Shown piece by piece: positions 24,144 to 33,900 of a stretch of 64,000 nucleotides of DNA. A model generated the notes under the pieces. The model worked only from the letters and a program-made list of their open reading frames with translations. It had not been told where the DNA came from and made no database searches. A program made the position numbers and the translations under genes. This stretch comes from Candidatus Fermentibacterota bacterium (lineage in GTDB: Bacteria; Fermentibacterota; Fermentibacteria; Fermentibacterales; JCC-6): the NCBI GenBank assembly GCA_963845085.1, contig CAWJQI010000004.1, positions 800,001 through 864,000 on the forward strand. Direction: 5' to 3'. Position 1 is the stretch's first letter, and the number at the start of each line of letters is the position of its first letter.

Positions 24144-24599
24144 GTGTCAGTCATTCTCATTGCCTACATGGGCGCCGCCTTTGCATGCATCCTGGCGGGA
24201 ATCGGCAGTTCGGTCGGCGTGGGCATAGCCGCCCAGGCCAGCACCGGTGTCATGAGTGTCGATCCCAAGAAGTTCGGCAAGCTGCTCCTGCTCTCCGCCC
24301 TGCCGGGCACGCAGGGCATCTACGGATTCGTCATCGCCTTCCTGCTCCTGCAGAAGATCGCCGGATTCAGCGTCATCGAAACCGCCGACGCATGGAAAAT
24401 CTGCATTGCAGGCCTTCCTGTCGGGATGGCCGGGCTCCTCTCCGGAATTCACCAGGGCAAGGTCTGCGCATCGGGCGCAATGATGACCGCAAAGCAGCCC
24501 GATGATTCCGGGAAGGCCCTCATTCTGGCAGTATTCGTTGAGTTCTACGCGATCCTCGGCTTTCTTGTCAGCTTCCTCATGCTCGGACAGATCGGTTAG
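24144..24599 (+). CDS. ntpK: V/A-type ATPase rotor subunit K (4 TM)
   Basis: LPGTQGIYG, SGIHQGKV and VEFYAILGF closely parallel Enterococcus hirae NtpK. Confidence 0.95.
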   Translation: MSVILIAYMGAAFACILAGIGSSVGVGIAAQASTGVMSVDPKKFGKLLLLSALPGTQGIYGFVIAFLLLQKIAGFSVIETADAWKICIAGLPVGMAGLLSGIHQGKVCASGAMMTAKQPDDSGKALILAVFVEFYAILGFLVSFLMLGQIG

Positions 24600-24604
24600 C
24601 CGGA

Positions 24605-25195
24605 ATGTCCCTCGAGGCAATAAGGCAGAAGATCATCCGGGATGCCGAGGCCGAGGCCGCGCGAGTTTTGTCCGAAGCCCGCCACGAAAAGAAGACGGCC
24701 GTTGAGGAAGCCCGTGCCAGGCTCGCAACCAGGGCGGAGAAGGACAGGGCAAAGCTTATTGAGAGCCTCAGGGATCGAAAGACCAGGATGCGCGAACACG
24801 CGCTGCGTGAGGAGGAGCGAAACCTCCTCAATACCCGGCGGACCCTCATCGACCGGGCCGTAGACAGCGCGGTGGACAAACTGCTCGAATCTGACGACTA
24901 TCCCGTGCTTATCGCCGCGCTGCTTTCCAGATGCGCCTTCTCCGGTGACGTGGAGGTCGTTGTCGCTGCAAGGGATGCTGACCTCGTCACCCAGGCGTTT
25001 CTCGACCGCCATTCCTCCACCGGGGTGAGGTTCAGGCTCGCGGCCGGACAACACAATTCAAGGGGAGGCGTGATACTCAGATCTGGACGCGTGAGCCAGA
25101 ACGCCACGATTGAAATGGTGGCCTCCCTGGTTCACGAGGAGATTGTGATGGAGCTGTCCCGGAAGCTTCCGGTCGAGAAGCTGGAGGCCATGTGA
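24605..25195 (+). CDS. ntpE: V/A-type ATPase subunit E
   Basis: MSLEAIRQKIIRDAEAEA coiled coil and C-terminal GGVIL...NAT; operon position. Confidence 0.9.
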   Translation: MSLEAIRQKIIRDAEAEAARVLSEARHEKKTAVEEARARLATRAEKDRAKLIESLRDRKTRMREHALREEERNLLNTRRTLIDRAVDSAVDKLLESDDYPVLIAALLSRCAFSGDVEVVVAARDADLVTQAFLDRHSSTGVRFRLAAGQHNSRGGVILRSGRVSQNATIEMVASLVHEEIVMELSRKLPVEKLEAM

Positions 25196-26154
25196 GCTCC
25201 TGGGAGTACACGGCGGGCAGGATAAGCGCGCTCGAGACATCCCTTCTGTCCGACAGGACATGGGGCCAGATAACGGGTTCGCCCGGGATAGAGGATCTGT
25301 TGAAGCTGCTGGGTGACACCTGGTATGGCCACCTGATCCACGGCGATGCGATAGAGGACGCCCTGAATCGGGCCGTGTCCACAGCAGAAGACGAACTGCT
25401 CGAACTTGACACGGGAAGCGGCCTTGCCAATGCAATGCTCCTCAGGAGGGACGTTCGGAACGCCAGGTATGTCTGGAAGGACATGGCAGGCGGCGGAGAC
25501 GGTGCGGTTCCACAGGAGGCCGACGGTGCCATTCCCGCAACGGTTTTTGCCCGGGCGTGGAATGATCCGGCCCAGGCCGACGGGCTTCCCGCAGAGTTCC
25601 GCAGCGCCCTGGAGAGCGTACGCGGTCTTCCCCAGGGGGATTCCCTCGGCGTCGACATGATCCTCGACCAGCTTGCCGCATCGGTCGAGAAGAACCACAT
25701 GGGCAGCCTCGATCCCGAACTGCTCTCGTTCGCCCGTTCACGCATCGAGCTCGGGAATTTTCTTACTGCGGGCAGGCTTGGAACGGGAAACATGGCCGCA
25801 GGCCGGATTGAGGAATGGCTGCTCCAGGGGGGATTTCACACCCCGGAGGAAATACTGGAAGCGCTCCGAAAAAACCGGCTGCCTGAAGCCCTTGCGGAAA
25901 ATCCCGGTTTTGAGGCCGCAGCCGTCTCGTTGAAGGAAGCTCTTGACGGGGGATCCTTCCTCCCGTTCCAGAAGGAAAGCGACAGGGTCATCCTCGGTCT
26001 TCTCTCGGGGCTTTCCGCCAAACCTTTTGGTCCGGGGCTGCTCGCATCTTATGTGCTGCGCAGGGAGCTCGAGGCTGTTCACCTGAACCTTGTCGTGGCC
26101 GCAAAGAAGGCCGAAATGAACACTGTGAAGCTGCTTGCGCGGCTTCCCAGGTGA
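25192..26154 (+). CDS. ntpC: V/A-type ATPase subunit C
   Basis: Y..GRI.ALE..LL, L.DTWY, PFG...L..Y...E...L.L; operon position. Confidence 0.88.
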   Translation: MSSWEYTAGRISALETSLLSDRTWGQITGSPGIEDLLKLLGDTWYGHLIHGDAIEDALNRAVSTAEDELLELDTGSGLANAMLLRRDVRNARYVWKDMAGGGDGAVPQEADGAIPATVFARAWNDPAQADGLPAEFRSALESVRGLPQGDSLGVDMILDQLAASVEKNHMGSLDPELLSFARSRIELGNFLTAGRLGTGNMAAGRIEEWLLQGGFHTPEEILEALRKNRLPEALAENPGFEAAAVSLKEALDGGSFLPFQKESDRVILGLLSGLSAKPFGPGLLASYVLRRELEAVHLNLVVAAKKAEMNTVKLLARLPR

Positions 26155-26492
26155 ACGGAGCTGTGATGGCCGACGGGCGTACGGCATTTCTGGGCGACGC
26201 CGATTCGGTGCTGGGCTTCAGGGCACTCGGGGTTGAAACCTACACTCCCCTGGACAGGGAGAACGCGAGAAAGACCTTCCAGCGCCTGGTGAAGGAAAAG
26301 TTTTCGGTGATAATGGTCACCGAGGACATCATGGAGAAGATAGATGACCTTGTGGCCGATACACTCGGCCTGCCGCTGCCCGCAGTGGTGGTTTTGCCGG
26401 GTGTTTCCGGAAGCCGCCGCCGCGGCGAGGATGCCATTAGAACACTGATCATCAAAGCCGTTGGAGTTGATCTGATGAGCGAGGATGAATAG
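26151..26492 (+). CDS. ntpF: V/A-type ATPase subunit F
   Basis: [17 protein letters not shown]...VIMVTE...LP...IKAVGVD. Confidence 0.93.
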   Translation: MNGAVMADGRTAFLGDADSVLGFRALGVETYTPLDRENARKTFQRLVKEKFSVIMVTEDIMEKIDDLVADTLGLPLPAVVVLPGVSGSRRRGEDAIRTLIIKAVGVDLMSEDE

Positions 26493-26506
26493 CCGGAGGA
26501 AGCCGA

Positions 26507-28276
26507 ATGCAGCAGGGAAGGATTGACAAGATAGCCGGCCCCCTGGTGGTGGCCAGGGGAATGACCGAGGCCAGGATGTACGATGTGGTTTATGTCTCCG
26601 ACTACCGGCTCATCGGTGAGATCATCGAGCTCAAGGGGGACAGGGCCAGCATTCAGGTTTACGAAGAGACCGCGGGCCTGAAACCCGGAGACCCGGTATA
26701 CGAAACGGGCCTTCCCCTGTCGGTCGAGCTCGGCCCGGGGCTGCTCACATCGATTTACGACGGGATCCAGCGTCCTCTCGACAAGGTCAGGGAACAGGCG
26801 GGGGACTGGATCGGCAGGGGGATCAACATCCCCGGCCTTGACCATGGGAAGAAATGGGGCTTCACCCCGGTAATCACGCCCGGCAGGGCGGTCAGCGGAG
26901 GCGAGTTCATCGGTGTGGTGCAGGAGACGGAACTCATCCAGCACAGGGTGATGGTTCCTCCCGGTGTCGCGGGGGAAGTTGAATGGGTTGCCCAGGCCGG
27001 AGACTATACGATAGATGAGGGCATTGCCAGGGTCAGGCTGTCGAACGGCGAAACCAGGAAGCTTTCGATGCTTCAGAAATGGCCCGTGAGAAAGCCGCGG
27101 CCCTTTGCGACAAAGCTCGCCCCGAACGAGCCGCTCATCACGGGACAGAGGGTCATCGACGCATTCTTTCCTGTCGGCAAGGGCGGAACCGCTTGCGTTC
27201 CGGGCCCCTTCGGCAGCGGCAAGACGGTCATTCAGCACCAGCTCGCGAAGTGGGCCGATTCGGAGATAGTGGTGTACGTCGGCTGCGGTGAGCGCGGCAA
27301 TGAGATGACCGATGTGCTCCAGGAGTTTCCCGAGCTCGAGGATCCCAAGAGCGGCAAACCCCTGATCCTCAAGACGGTGCTGGTGGCCAACACCTCGAAC
27401 ATGCCGGTGGCTGCACGCGAGGCAAGCGTTTACACGGGCGTCACCATAGCCGAGTATTTCCGCGACATGGGCTACTCCGTTGCCCTCATGGCTGACTCCA
27501 CAAGTCGATGGGCCGAGGCCATGAGGGAGATGAGCGGCAGGCTCGAGGAGATGCCCGGCGAGGAGGGTTACCCGGCCTACCTCGGAACACGCATCGCCGA
27601 GTTCTACGAGAGGGCCGGCAAAGTCGAATGCCTCGGCGATCACGACCGGACGGGCGCGCTTACGGTGGTGGGGGCGGTTAGCCCCGCGGGTGGCGACCTT
27701 TCCGACCCGGTCGTCCAGGCCACGCTCAGGGTTGTGAAGGTGTTCTGGAGCCTTCAGGCGAACCTTGCGTACATGCGCCACTTTCCCGCGATCGGCTGGC
27801 TGGACAGCTACTCCCTCTACATCAGGAACCTGAGGGAGTACTACGACGGCACTCTTGGGCCTGAATGGGTCAAAATGGTTTCAAGGGCAATGGCCCTTCT
27901 GCAGGAAGAGGCGAACCTTCAGGAGATAGCGAGGCTTGTCGGAGCCGAGTCCCTGTCGCCGGAAGACCAGCTCGTCCTTTTCACAAGCCGTTCGCTCCGG
28001 GAGGACTTTCTTCACCAGAACGCCTTCCACCCTGTCGACACGTATGCGTCCATAGAAAAACAGAAAGCCATGCTCGAGGTTATCATGCACACCCATGACG
28101 GGATGAGCGCTGCGCTCAGATCCGGTGTCGCGCCCCGCGACCTCTTCCTCTTCCCGATGCGCGAGAAGATCGCGGGCATGCGCTACCTTCCGGAAGAGCA
28201 TGTTTCCTCAATCAATGATCTCAAGGACCTGATCACCGGCGAGCTTGACTCCATGGTCGAGAAGGCCGGCATTTAA
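26507..28276 (+). CDS. ntpA: V/A-type ATPase catalytic subunit A
   Basis: P-loop [48 protein letters not shown]. Confidence 0.98.
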   Translation: MQQGRIDKIAGPLVVARGMTEARMYDVVYVSDYRLIGEIIELKGDRASIQVYEETAGLKPGDPVYETGLPLSVELGPGLLTSIYDGIQRPLDKVREQAGDWIGRGINIPGLDHGKKWGFTPVITPGRAVSGGEFIGVVQETELIQHRVMVPPGVAGEVEWVAQAGDYTIDEGIARVRLSNGETRKLSMLQKWPVRKPRPFATKLAPNEPLITGQRVIDAFFPVGKGGTACVPGPFGSGKTVIQHQLAKWADSEIVVYVGCGERGNEMTDVLQEFPELEDPKSGKPLILKTVLVANTSNMPVAAREASVYTGVTIAEYFRDMGYSVALMADSTSRWAEAMREMSGRLEEMPGEEGYPAYLGTRIAEFYERAGKVECLGDHDRTGALTVVGAVSPAGGDLSDPVVQATLRVVKVFWSLQANLAYMRHFPAIGWLDSYSLYIRNLREYYDGTLGPEWVKMVSRAMALLQEEANLQEIARLVGAESLSPEDQLVLFTSRSLREDFLHQNAFHPVDTYASIEKQKAMLEVIMHTHDGMSAALRSGVAPRDLFLFPMREKIAGMRYLPEEHVSSINDLKDLITGELDSMVEKAGI

Positions 28277-28290
28277 CCGGAGGTGACGAC

Positions 28291-29678
28291 GTGATCAAGG
28301 AATACACCACAACTGTTGAGATCTCCGGGCCGCTGATGCTGGTGGACGGAGTCACTGAGGTCAGTTTCGAGGAGCTTGTCGAGATTGAGCTTCCGTCAGG
28401 CGAGATCCGCCACGGGAAGGTTCTTGAAGTCGATTCGCGCAAGGCGCTTGTCCAGCTGTTCGAGGGCTCCACCGGAACGGACCTTTCGCTGTGCCGGGTG
28501 CGCTTCCTCGGCAAGGGCGTGGAGCTCGGGGTCAGCACGGAAATGCTTGGAAGGGTTTTCGACGGCCAGGGAAGACCCCGCCCCCCTTCGACACCGCTCC
28601 GCCCATCGTCCCGGAGAAGATGGTGAACATCAACGGCGCCCCGATCAACCCCTACGCCCGTGATTACCCCGCCGAATTCATCCAGACCGGCTTCAGCAGC
28701 ATCGACGGCATCAACACACTCGTGAGGGGGCAGAAGCTCCCGGTCTTCAGTGCCAACGGGTTGCCGCACGGAGAGGTCGCAGCCCAGATAGCACGGCAGG
28801 CAAAGGTTCTCGGCAAGGGCGAGAGTTTTGCGGTCGTCTTCGCCGCCATGGGTATAACGTTCGAAGAGGCTGACTACTTCATCCGTGACTTCAAGGCAAC
28901 CGGTGCGATGGACAGGGCCGTGGTCTTCCTGAACCTCGCGGACGACCCCGCCATCGAGCGCATTGCAACACCCAGAATGGCCCTCACGGCAGCCGAGTAC
29001 CTCGCCTACGAGAAGGACATGCACATCCTCGTGATCCTCACCGACATGACAAACTACTGCGACGCCCTGAGAGAGATCAGTGCCGCACGGAAGGAAGTTC
29101 CGGGAAGAAGGGGCTACCCCGGATACCTTTACACCGACCTTGCATCGATCTACGAGAGGGCGGGACGGATCAAGGGCCGAAAGGGCTCCATCACACAGAT
29201 CCCCATTCTGACCATGCCCGAGGATGACAAAACCCATCCCATCCCCGACCTCACGGGGTACATCACCGAGGGCCAGCTCATTCTGAACCGCGAGCTTCAC
29301 AAGAAGGGCATTTACCCCCCCATGGACGTCATGGAGTCCCTGTCCAGGCTGAAGGACAAGGGGATCGGCAGGAACAAGACGCGCGAGGACCACTCCGACC
29401 TTTTCAACCAGCTCATGGCCGCCTATTCGGCCGGCAAGCAGGCCAGGGAACTTTCGGTGATCCTCGGTGTTGCCGCGCTCAGCGCTCTGGACAGGCAGTT
29501 TCTGCAGTTCGCCGAGGAGTTCGAGAAGCGCTACATCAGCCAGGACGACCATGAGAACAGGGGCATCGAGGAAACGCTCAACCTTGGATGGGAGCTTCTC
29601 AAGCACCTGCCCAGGGAGGAGATGAAGAGGATCCGCCCCGAGTACCTCGACAGGTACTGGCCCGTGGACAAGGGCTGA
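28291..29678 (+). CDS. ntpB: V/A-type ATPase subunit B, interrupted by one frameshift near 28575-28590
   Basis: The 5' frame reads MIKEY...ISGPL...LVQLFEG...[12 protein letters not shown]. The 3' frame reads [22 protein letters not shown]...RGQKLPVFS...[14 protein letters not shown]. The junction is the C-rich run agaccccgccccccttcgac. Confidence 0.92.
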
Positions 29679-29679
29679 C

Positions 29680-30309
29680 ATGGCGCTTCAGGTTCGTGCC
29701 ACGAGAATGGAGCTGCTTCAGCTGAAGCGCAGGGTGAAGCTTGCCAGACGGGGCCACAAGCTGCTGAAGGACAAGCTGGACGAGCTGATGCGGCAATTCA
29801 AGATCCTCATCGCCGACTATGCCGGCGCCAGGGTGCACCTTGAGGGCGAGCTGCACAAAGCCTACGGCCAGTTCCTCTTCGCAAGGGCGGCCATGCACCG
29901 GGAGGCTCTGCTTGACGCCCTGGCCTACCCGGGGGCAAGGGCTGTTGTCTCCACCGACACCCGCAGGGTGATGAACCTCACCCTGCCGACCTTCAGTGTG
30001 TCGGTTGAGGGAACGGTCAGAAACTACGGTCTGTTCGACACCCCCCCCGAGCTGGATGAAGCCCTGGAGGTGTACAGACAGGTTCTTCCGTCGATAATCA
30101 GGCTGGCCGAGCAGGAAAAGGCCATCACGCTCATAGCCCACGAGATAGACTCGACAAGGCGCCGGGTGAACGCCCTTGAGTACGTCCTCATTCCCGATTA
30201 CGAGGCCGCCATCGGAAGGGTACGGCTGAAGCTGGCGGAGATGGACCGCTCCAACACCACAAGGCTCATGAAGGTGAAGGAGATGGCCGACGCCAAGCGC
30301 AGTATCTAG
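29680..30309 (+). CDS. ntpD: V/A-type ATPase subunit D
   Basis: TRMELL.LK.R...A.RGHKLLKDK.DEL and EIDSTRRRVNALEYVLIP. Confidence 0.96.
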   Translation: MALQVRATRMELLQLKRRVKLARRGHKLLKDKLDELMRQFKILIADYAGARVHLEGELHKAYGQFLFARAAMHREALLDALAYPGARAVVSTDTRRVMNLTLPTFSVSVEGTVRNYGLFDTPPELDEALEVYRQVLPSIIRLAEQEKAITLIAHEIDSTRRRVNALEYVLIPDYEAAIGRVRLKLAEMDRSNTTRLMKVKEMADAKRSI

Positions 30310-30312
30310 CTG

Positions 30313-31997
30313 TTACCTGATGATGCTGAGGTAGCCCGGCTCGTTATAATCTGCCCGGAAATGAAGCCATAATTGATCCTGCCCGGGCAGGGACTATCAT
30401 ATCGTGCGGCTCGATCTCCCGCGAGAGGTAAACTTTTCCGGTTATCGCAAGATCCTCGGTATTCATGACGATCATTGAATCGGATGAGGACGGGTCATTG
30501 GGATAGTAGGCGTACTGAATCTCCTGAAGCCTCGATGATTACGGTCTGCGAGGGTATACCGGGCAGATTGCGTGAATCAAGCACTTCAAGGCTGAACGGA
30601 TTCAGTGTATACAGGTCGCCAGTACCGGACAGAACGCACATATCGCCATCGGAAGTTATGAAAGGGTTGGATGAAACCGGTATGGGGCTGGAAGCGGCAA
30701 TTGCCAGGGTTGCCGGGTTGAGCCTGCATAGGCCTTCCTCTCCTCCCCAGATGTATGTGCCGCACCCTTCCAGAAGCCATCCCCTGGAAAACGCGAAGTC
30801 CAGCGTGTCAATGAAGGTCATGCTGTTCATGTCGAGAACCAGCGATGTCTGGCTGCCTTCAGGGCACAGAACCACCCTGGCGTCCATTTCGCCCGCTATC
30901 ATGGCACTGCAGGTGAAACCCATCGGGAAAGAACTGATGGTTTGCAGGTCATTCTCATCAAGAAGATCGATGTACATGCCGTACGGGTCATCGTAGGAGA
31001 TAAGAACCCCGTTCCGGCTGGATACATGGCAGTATGAATGAATGTCACCGGGAGTCAGCCTTCTTATGTACACGCCTTGATCGGTATTTATTCTACTTAT
31101 ACCCGGAATATCATATATATACCAATCTGTTCTGTCAGAAAAATAAAGGTATTTGCCGCTGAGTGAAGCTGCCCACAGACCAATGCTGGAGCACTCCTCG
31201 CCAGAATCAAACAAGTACCTGAAGGCTCCCAGCCTCCATGGGAGTTCTCCGTTATGGCTGTACTGCACCATGTTGCTCTTCGATGCATGCCCCTCGGCAT
31301 CGGTGGTGGTCACCTGGAAGTAGACGGGATAATCTGGATTCGAGGCACTCACTGCAAGGGTATCGTTCACATCGTGGAAGACGCCGATTGTGTCTCCGGG
31401 TGCGTAAAGACCCAGCCGCATCACAACGGTGTAGCTCGAAAAGTCCGGGTCGGGGCAGGGTGACCAATGCAGACGGCACTGCCCCATGAGAAGATCATCC
31501 ACGTCAAGCACCGATGGAGTGGGAAAACCTGTTGTTGGTGTAGTGATCGGTTCCTCGTTGCTCCAGAGAACCGTTGAATCAGCAAGCAGCGCACTGACGG
31601 CGTAGTAGTATGTAGTGCTCCAGGCAAGTGAATCGGAATCAGGAAAACTGAGCATGGTGGTGGTTCCCAGAGTTCGGTAATCAACGCTTCCCGTGGGTAT
31701 ACCGGGGCCAAGGGCTCTGTGAACGGAGTAACTGACAACCCGGTGGTGATCCGGTGAAAGCCATGATGCGGTGACCTCGCAGTATGGTTCCCCCGCAGGC
31801 CCGATGCGCGTTGCTACAGCAAGAGCAGTTGCCCCCGGGGTTTCGCCGGTTGAATCGCCGGTGAAAATAACGGAGTCAAGAAGGAAATCGGGAAGGTCCG
31901 GTTCTGAGGGACTGCTGTTACAGCCTGAACAAACGAGTGCGGCAAGGGAAACCAGGAGTGCGGCTTTGCAGACGGACGAAACGAGTGTTGACGACAT
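30313..31997 (-). CDS. Predicted lipoprotein with Fn3-like domains and a C-terminal beta-propeller-like region; apparently two frameshifts near the 3' end
   Basis: Signal peptide with lipobox LVCSG|C; Fn3-like TTYYYAVSA and LHWSPCPDPDFSSYTV. The track ORF stops at 30495, but protein-like reading continues in shifted frames to TAA at 30313-15. Confidence 0.65.
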
Positions 31998-32030
31998 GAC
32001 GCCTCCCGCTGTTCGGACAATCACAAAATA

Positions 32031-32059
32031 AAAATACGGGGTCTTCCTGTTCATGTCAA
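32031..32059 (-). promoter_or_regulatory. Putative sigma70 promoter of the lipoprotein gene
   Basis: TTGACA-N17-TATTTT on the minus strand; SD GGGAGG before ATG 31997. Confidence 0.5.
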
Positions 32060-32077
32060 ATACAGGCAGAATCCGGT

Positions 32078-32989
32078 CTAGCAGCAATACCTGCAGGCGC
32101 TGAAAGGCCTTCCGTTCTTCAGTGCCTTCCAGCCCCCTGCCACCTTCCAGGCGGTGGCTTTCGGAACGCGCTCATTGGGAGCGTCGTCGTCCGTGAAGGG
32201 GCATGGCCAGAGAACGCCTTCCGCATCGAGGAAAAGGCAGCCCGCAAGGGGGCAGCCCGCCGGTTCGTGCGCAAGCACCACACCACCCGCTTCATCCCGT
32301 ATGTACGGGCAGCCCGGGGAATCGAGCGCAAGGTTCTCGATACGTCCCACATGAAAACCCCCGGGGTCGAAACGGCCGAACACGGCCTTTGCGCTGTCCG
32401 CCGGTATGCTCTCAGCAATATCCCTGAAGGCATCGAGGTCGCCGGCGGACTGCCTCCAGATAGTCAGGACGAGTTCCACCATTGACCTTCCCGCGCCTTT
32501 AACGGATCGGACGGCATGAAGAGCTTCGGCCATGCGATCCCGCCCCCTTATCGCTTCCCATGAGGGGCCTGTTGCCGCGGGAAGCGAGAATATGAAGCGG
32601 TCCACCCCGAGTTTTTCGTGACCGGGTTGGAACCCGAGGCCCAGGGTGCTCACCGATACCATTGAGCTGTGCATAACGGCGATGGCAACAAGCTCTGAGA
32701 GCTGAGGGGCGGCCAAAGGGTCCGAGTGCTTGCCGGAAAAGTGGAGGGTGACTGGTCTGCATGGGCGGCACTCAAGCCATGCTTCGAGAAGTTCGGGTTT
32801 GAGATCGACGGGATTGACCGTTGGCCTGCAGCCAGCGCAGTTACCGGTGCACCTTTGGGTGGCCTCGATCATCAGGCCGCGCGGAAGGTGCTGCAATGTG
32901 TTAAGTGAAGCTCTGGCAATAAGTTTTATCGGCCAGAACAGCCCCTTCCCCTTCCAGATGTCGATGCCGGTAATCAGTGTTCTCTTCAT
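32078..32989 (-). CDS. Radical SAM protein with a short SPASM/Twitch-like C-terminus
   Basis: CxxxCxxC motif CTGNCAGC; C-terminal GCP..C.F.D.EG.L.PCPF ... CRYCC. Confidence 0.8.
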   Translation of the reverse strand: MKRTLITGIDIWKGKGLFWPIKLIARASLNTLQHLPRGLMIEATQRCTGNCAGCRPTVNPVDLKPELLEAWLECRPCRPVTLHFSGKHSDPLAAPQLSELVAIAVMHSSMVSVSTLGLGFQPGHEKLGVDRFIFSLPAATGPSWEAIRGRDRMAEALHAVRSVKGAGRSMVELVLTIWRQSAGDLDAFRDIAESIPADSAKAVFGRFDPGGFHVGRIENLALDSPGCPYIRDEAGGVVLAHEPAGCPLAGCLFLDAEGVLWPCPFTDDDAPNERVPKATAWKVAGGWKALKNGRPFSACRYCC

Positions 32990-33900
32990 GGCTTCCCGAA
33001 GGGGTTCTCCCTTTCAAAATCGGGCGTGCTGCAGTCCGGGCTCTCCTCCGGCTCCTGGATGAGGGTGTTGACAAGACCTAGAGATTCCGCAGTTTCAACA
33101 GCCTTCCAGTACTCCGACTGCCACAGCCTTCTGGACAGAAGCGGGTGCCTCTGCGCCAGGAAAAGCGGGTTGTACTGACTCATGAGGCTGACCGTGATCT
33201 CCCTTCCCATTCCCGCAATGAAACGAAGACACTCACCGGTTCCGGATATGTCGTTGGGAAGTACCAGATGCCTCACGCACAACCCACGCCGGGCGATTCC
33301 GTCCCTGATCTCAAGAAGACCAACCTGTCTGTACATCTCCGTGATGGCAGCCCTCGAGGCGGCTGCGTAACCCGGTGCGGACGAGTATTCAACGGCACAG
33401 CAATCCTCTGCGTACTTGAGGTCGGGCAGATAGATGTCCACCAGCCCTTCAAGGGTGCGGAGGGCTTCAACACTCTCGTAACCGTTGCTGTTCCAGATCA
33501 CCGGAACCGTCAGCCCGTTTTTCCTGGCCGCCAGAATTGTCTCCCTCACCCGGGGGAGGAAATGCGTTGGTGACACAAACCCCACAGTGGGGCAGCCTTG
33601 TCGTTGAAAACCGATCAGGCTGTCCGCCAGTTCCTGCGGGTACATGGGGCGACCCATCTGTCCGCGGCTTATCTGGTGGTTCTGGCAGAAAACGCACCCC
33701 ATGTTGCAGCCGGCGAAGAATACGTTGCCCACACCGCAGCTGCCGGTGAGAAAGGGCTCCTCGCCGGTATGCACGGTGATCGAGGCAACCTCCATATAAG
33801 GCCCCGCCCCGCACCATCCCCGCTCGAATGCTTCCCGGTCAACCGGGCAGCTGCGGGGACACAGGCGGCAGCGAATCCCGTCAGTCACCGAGTCCGTCAA
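32986..33900 (-). CDS. Radical SAM protein, PflX-like (PFL-activase-related)
   Basis: CRLCPRSC.VDR, H.GEEP, FFAGCNMGCVFCQN, WNSNGYE, DIYLPDLKY, VRHLVLPN, SLMSQYNP. Confidence 0.88.
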   Translation of the reverse strand: MTDSVTDGIRCRLCPRSCPVDREAFERGWCGAGPYMEVASITVHTGEEPFLTGSCGVGNVFFAGCNMGCVFCQNHQISRGQMGRPMYPQELADSLIGFQRQGCPTVGFVSPTHFLPRVRETILAARKNGLTVPVIWNSNGYESVEALRTLEGLVDIYLPDLKYAEDCCAVEYSSAPGYAAASRAAITEMYRQVGLLEIRDGIARRGLCVRHLVLPNDISGTGECLRFIAGMGREITVSLMSQYNPLFLAQRHPLLSRRLWQSEYWKAVETAESLGLVNTLIQEPEESPDCSTPDFERENPFGKP

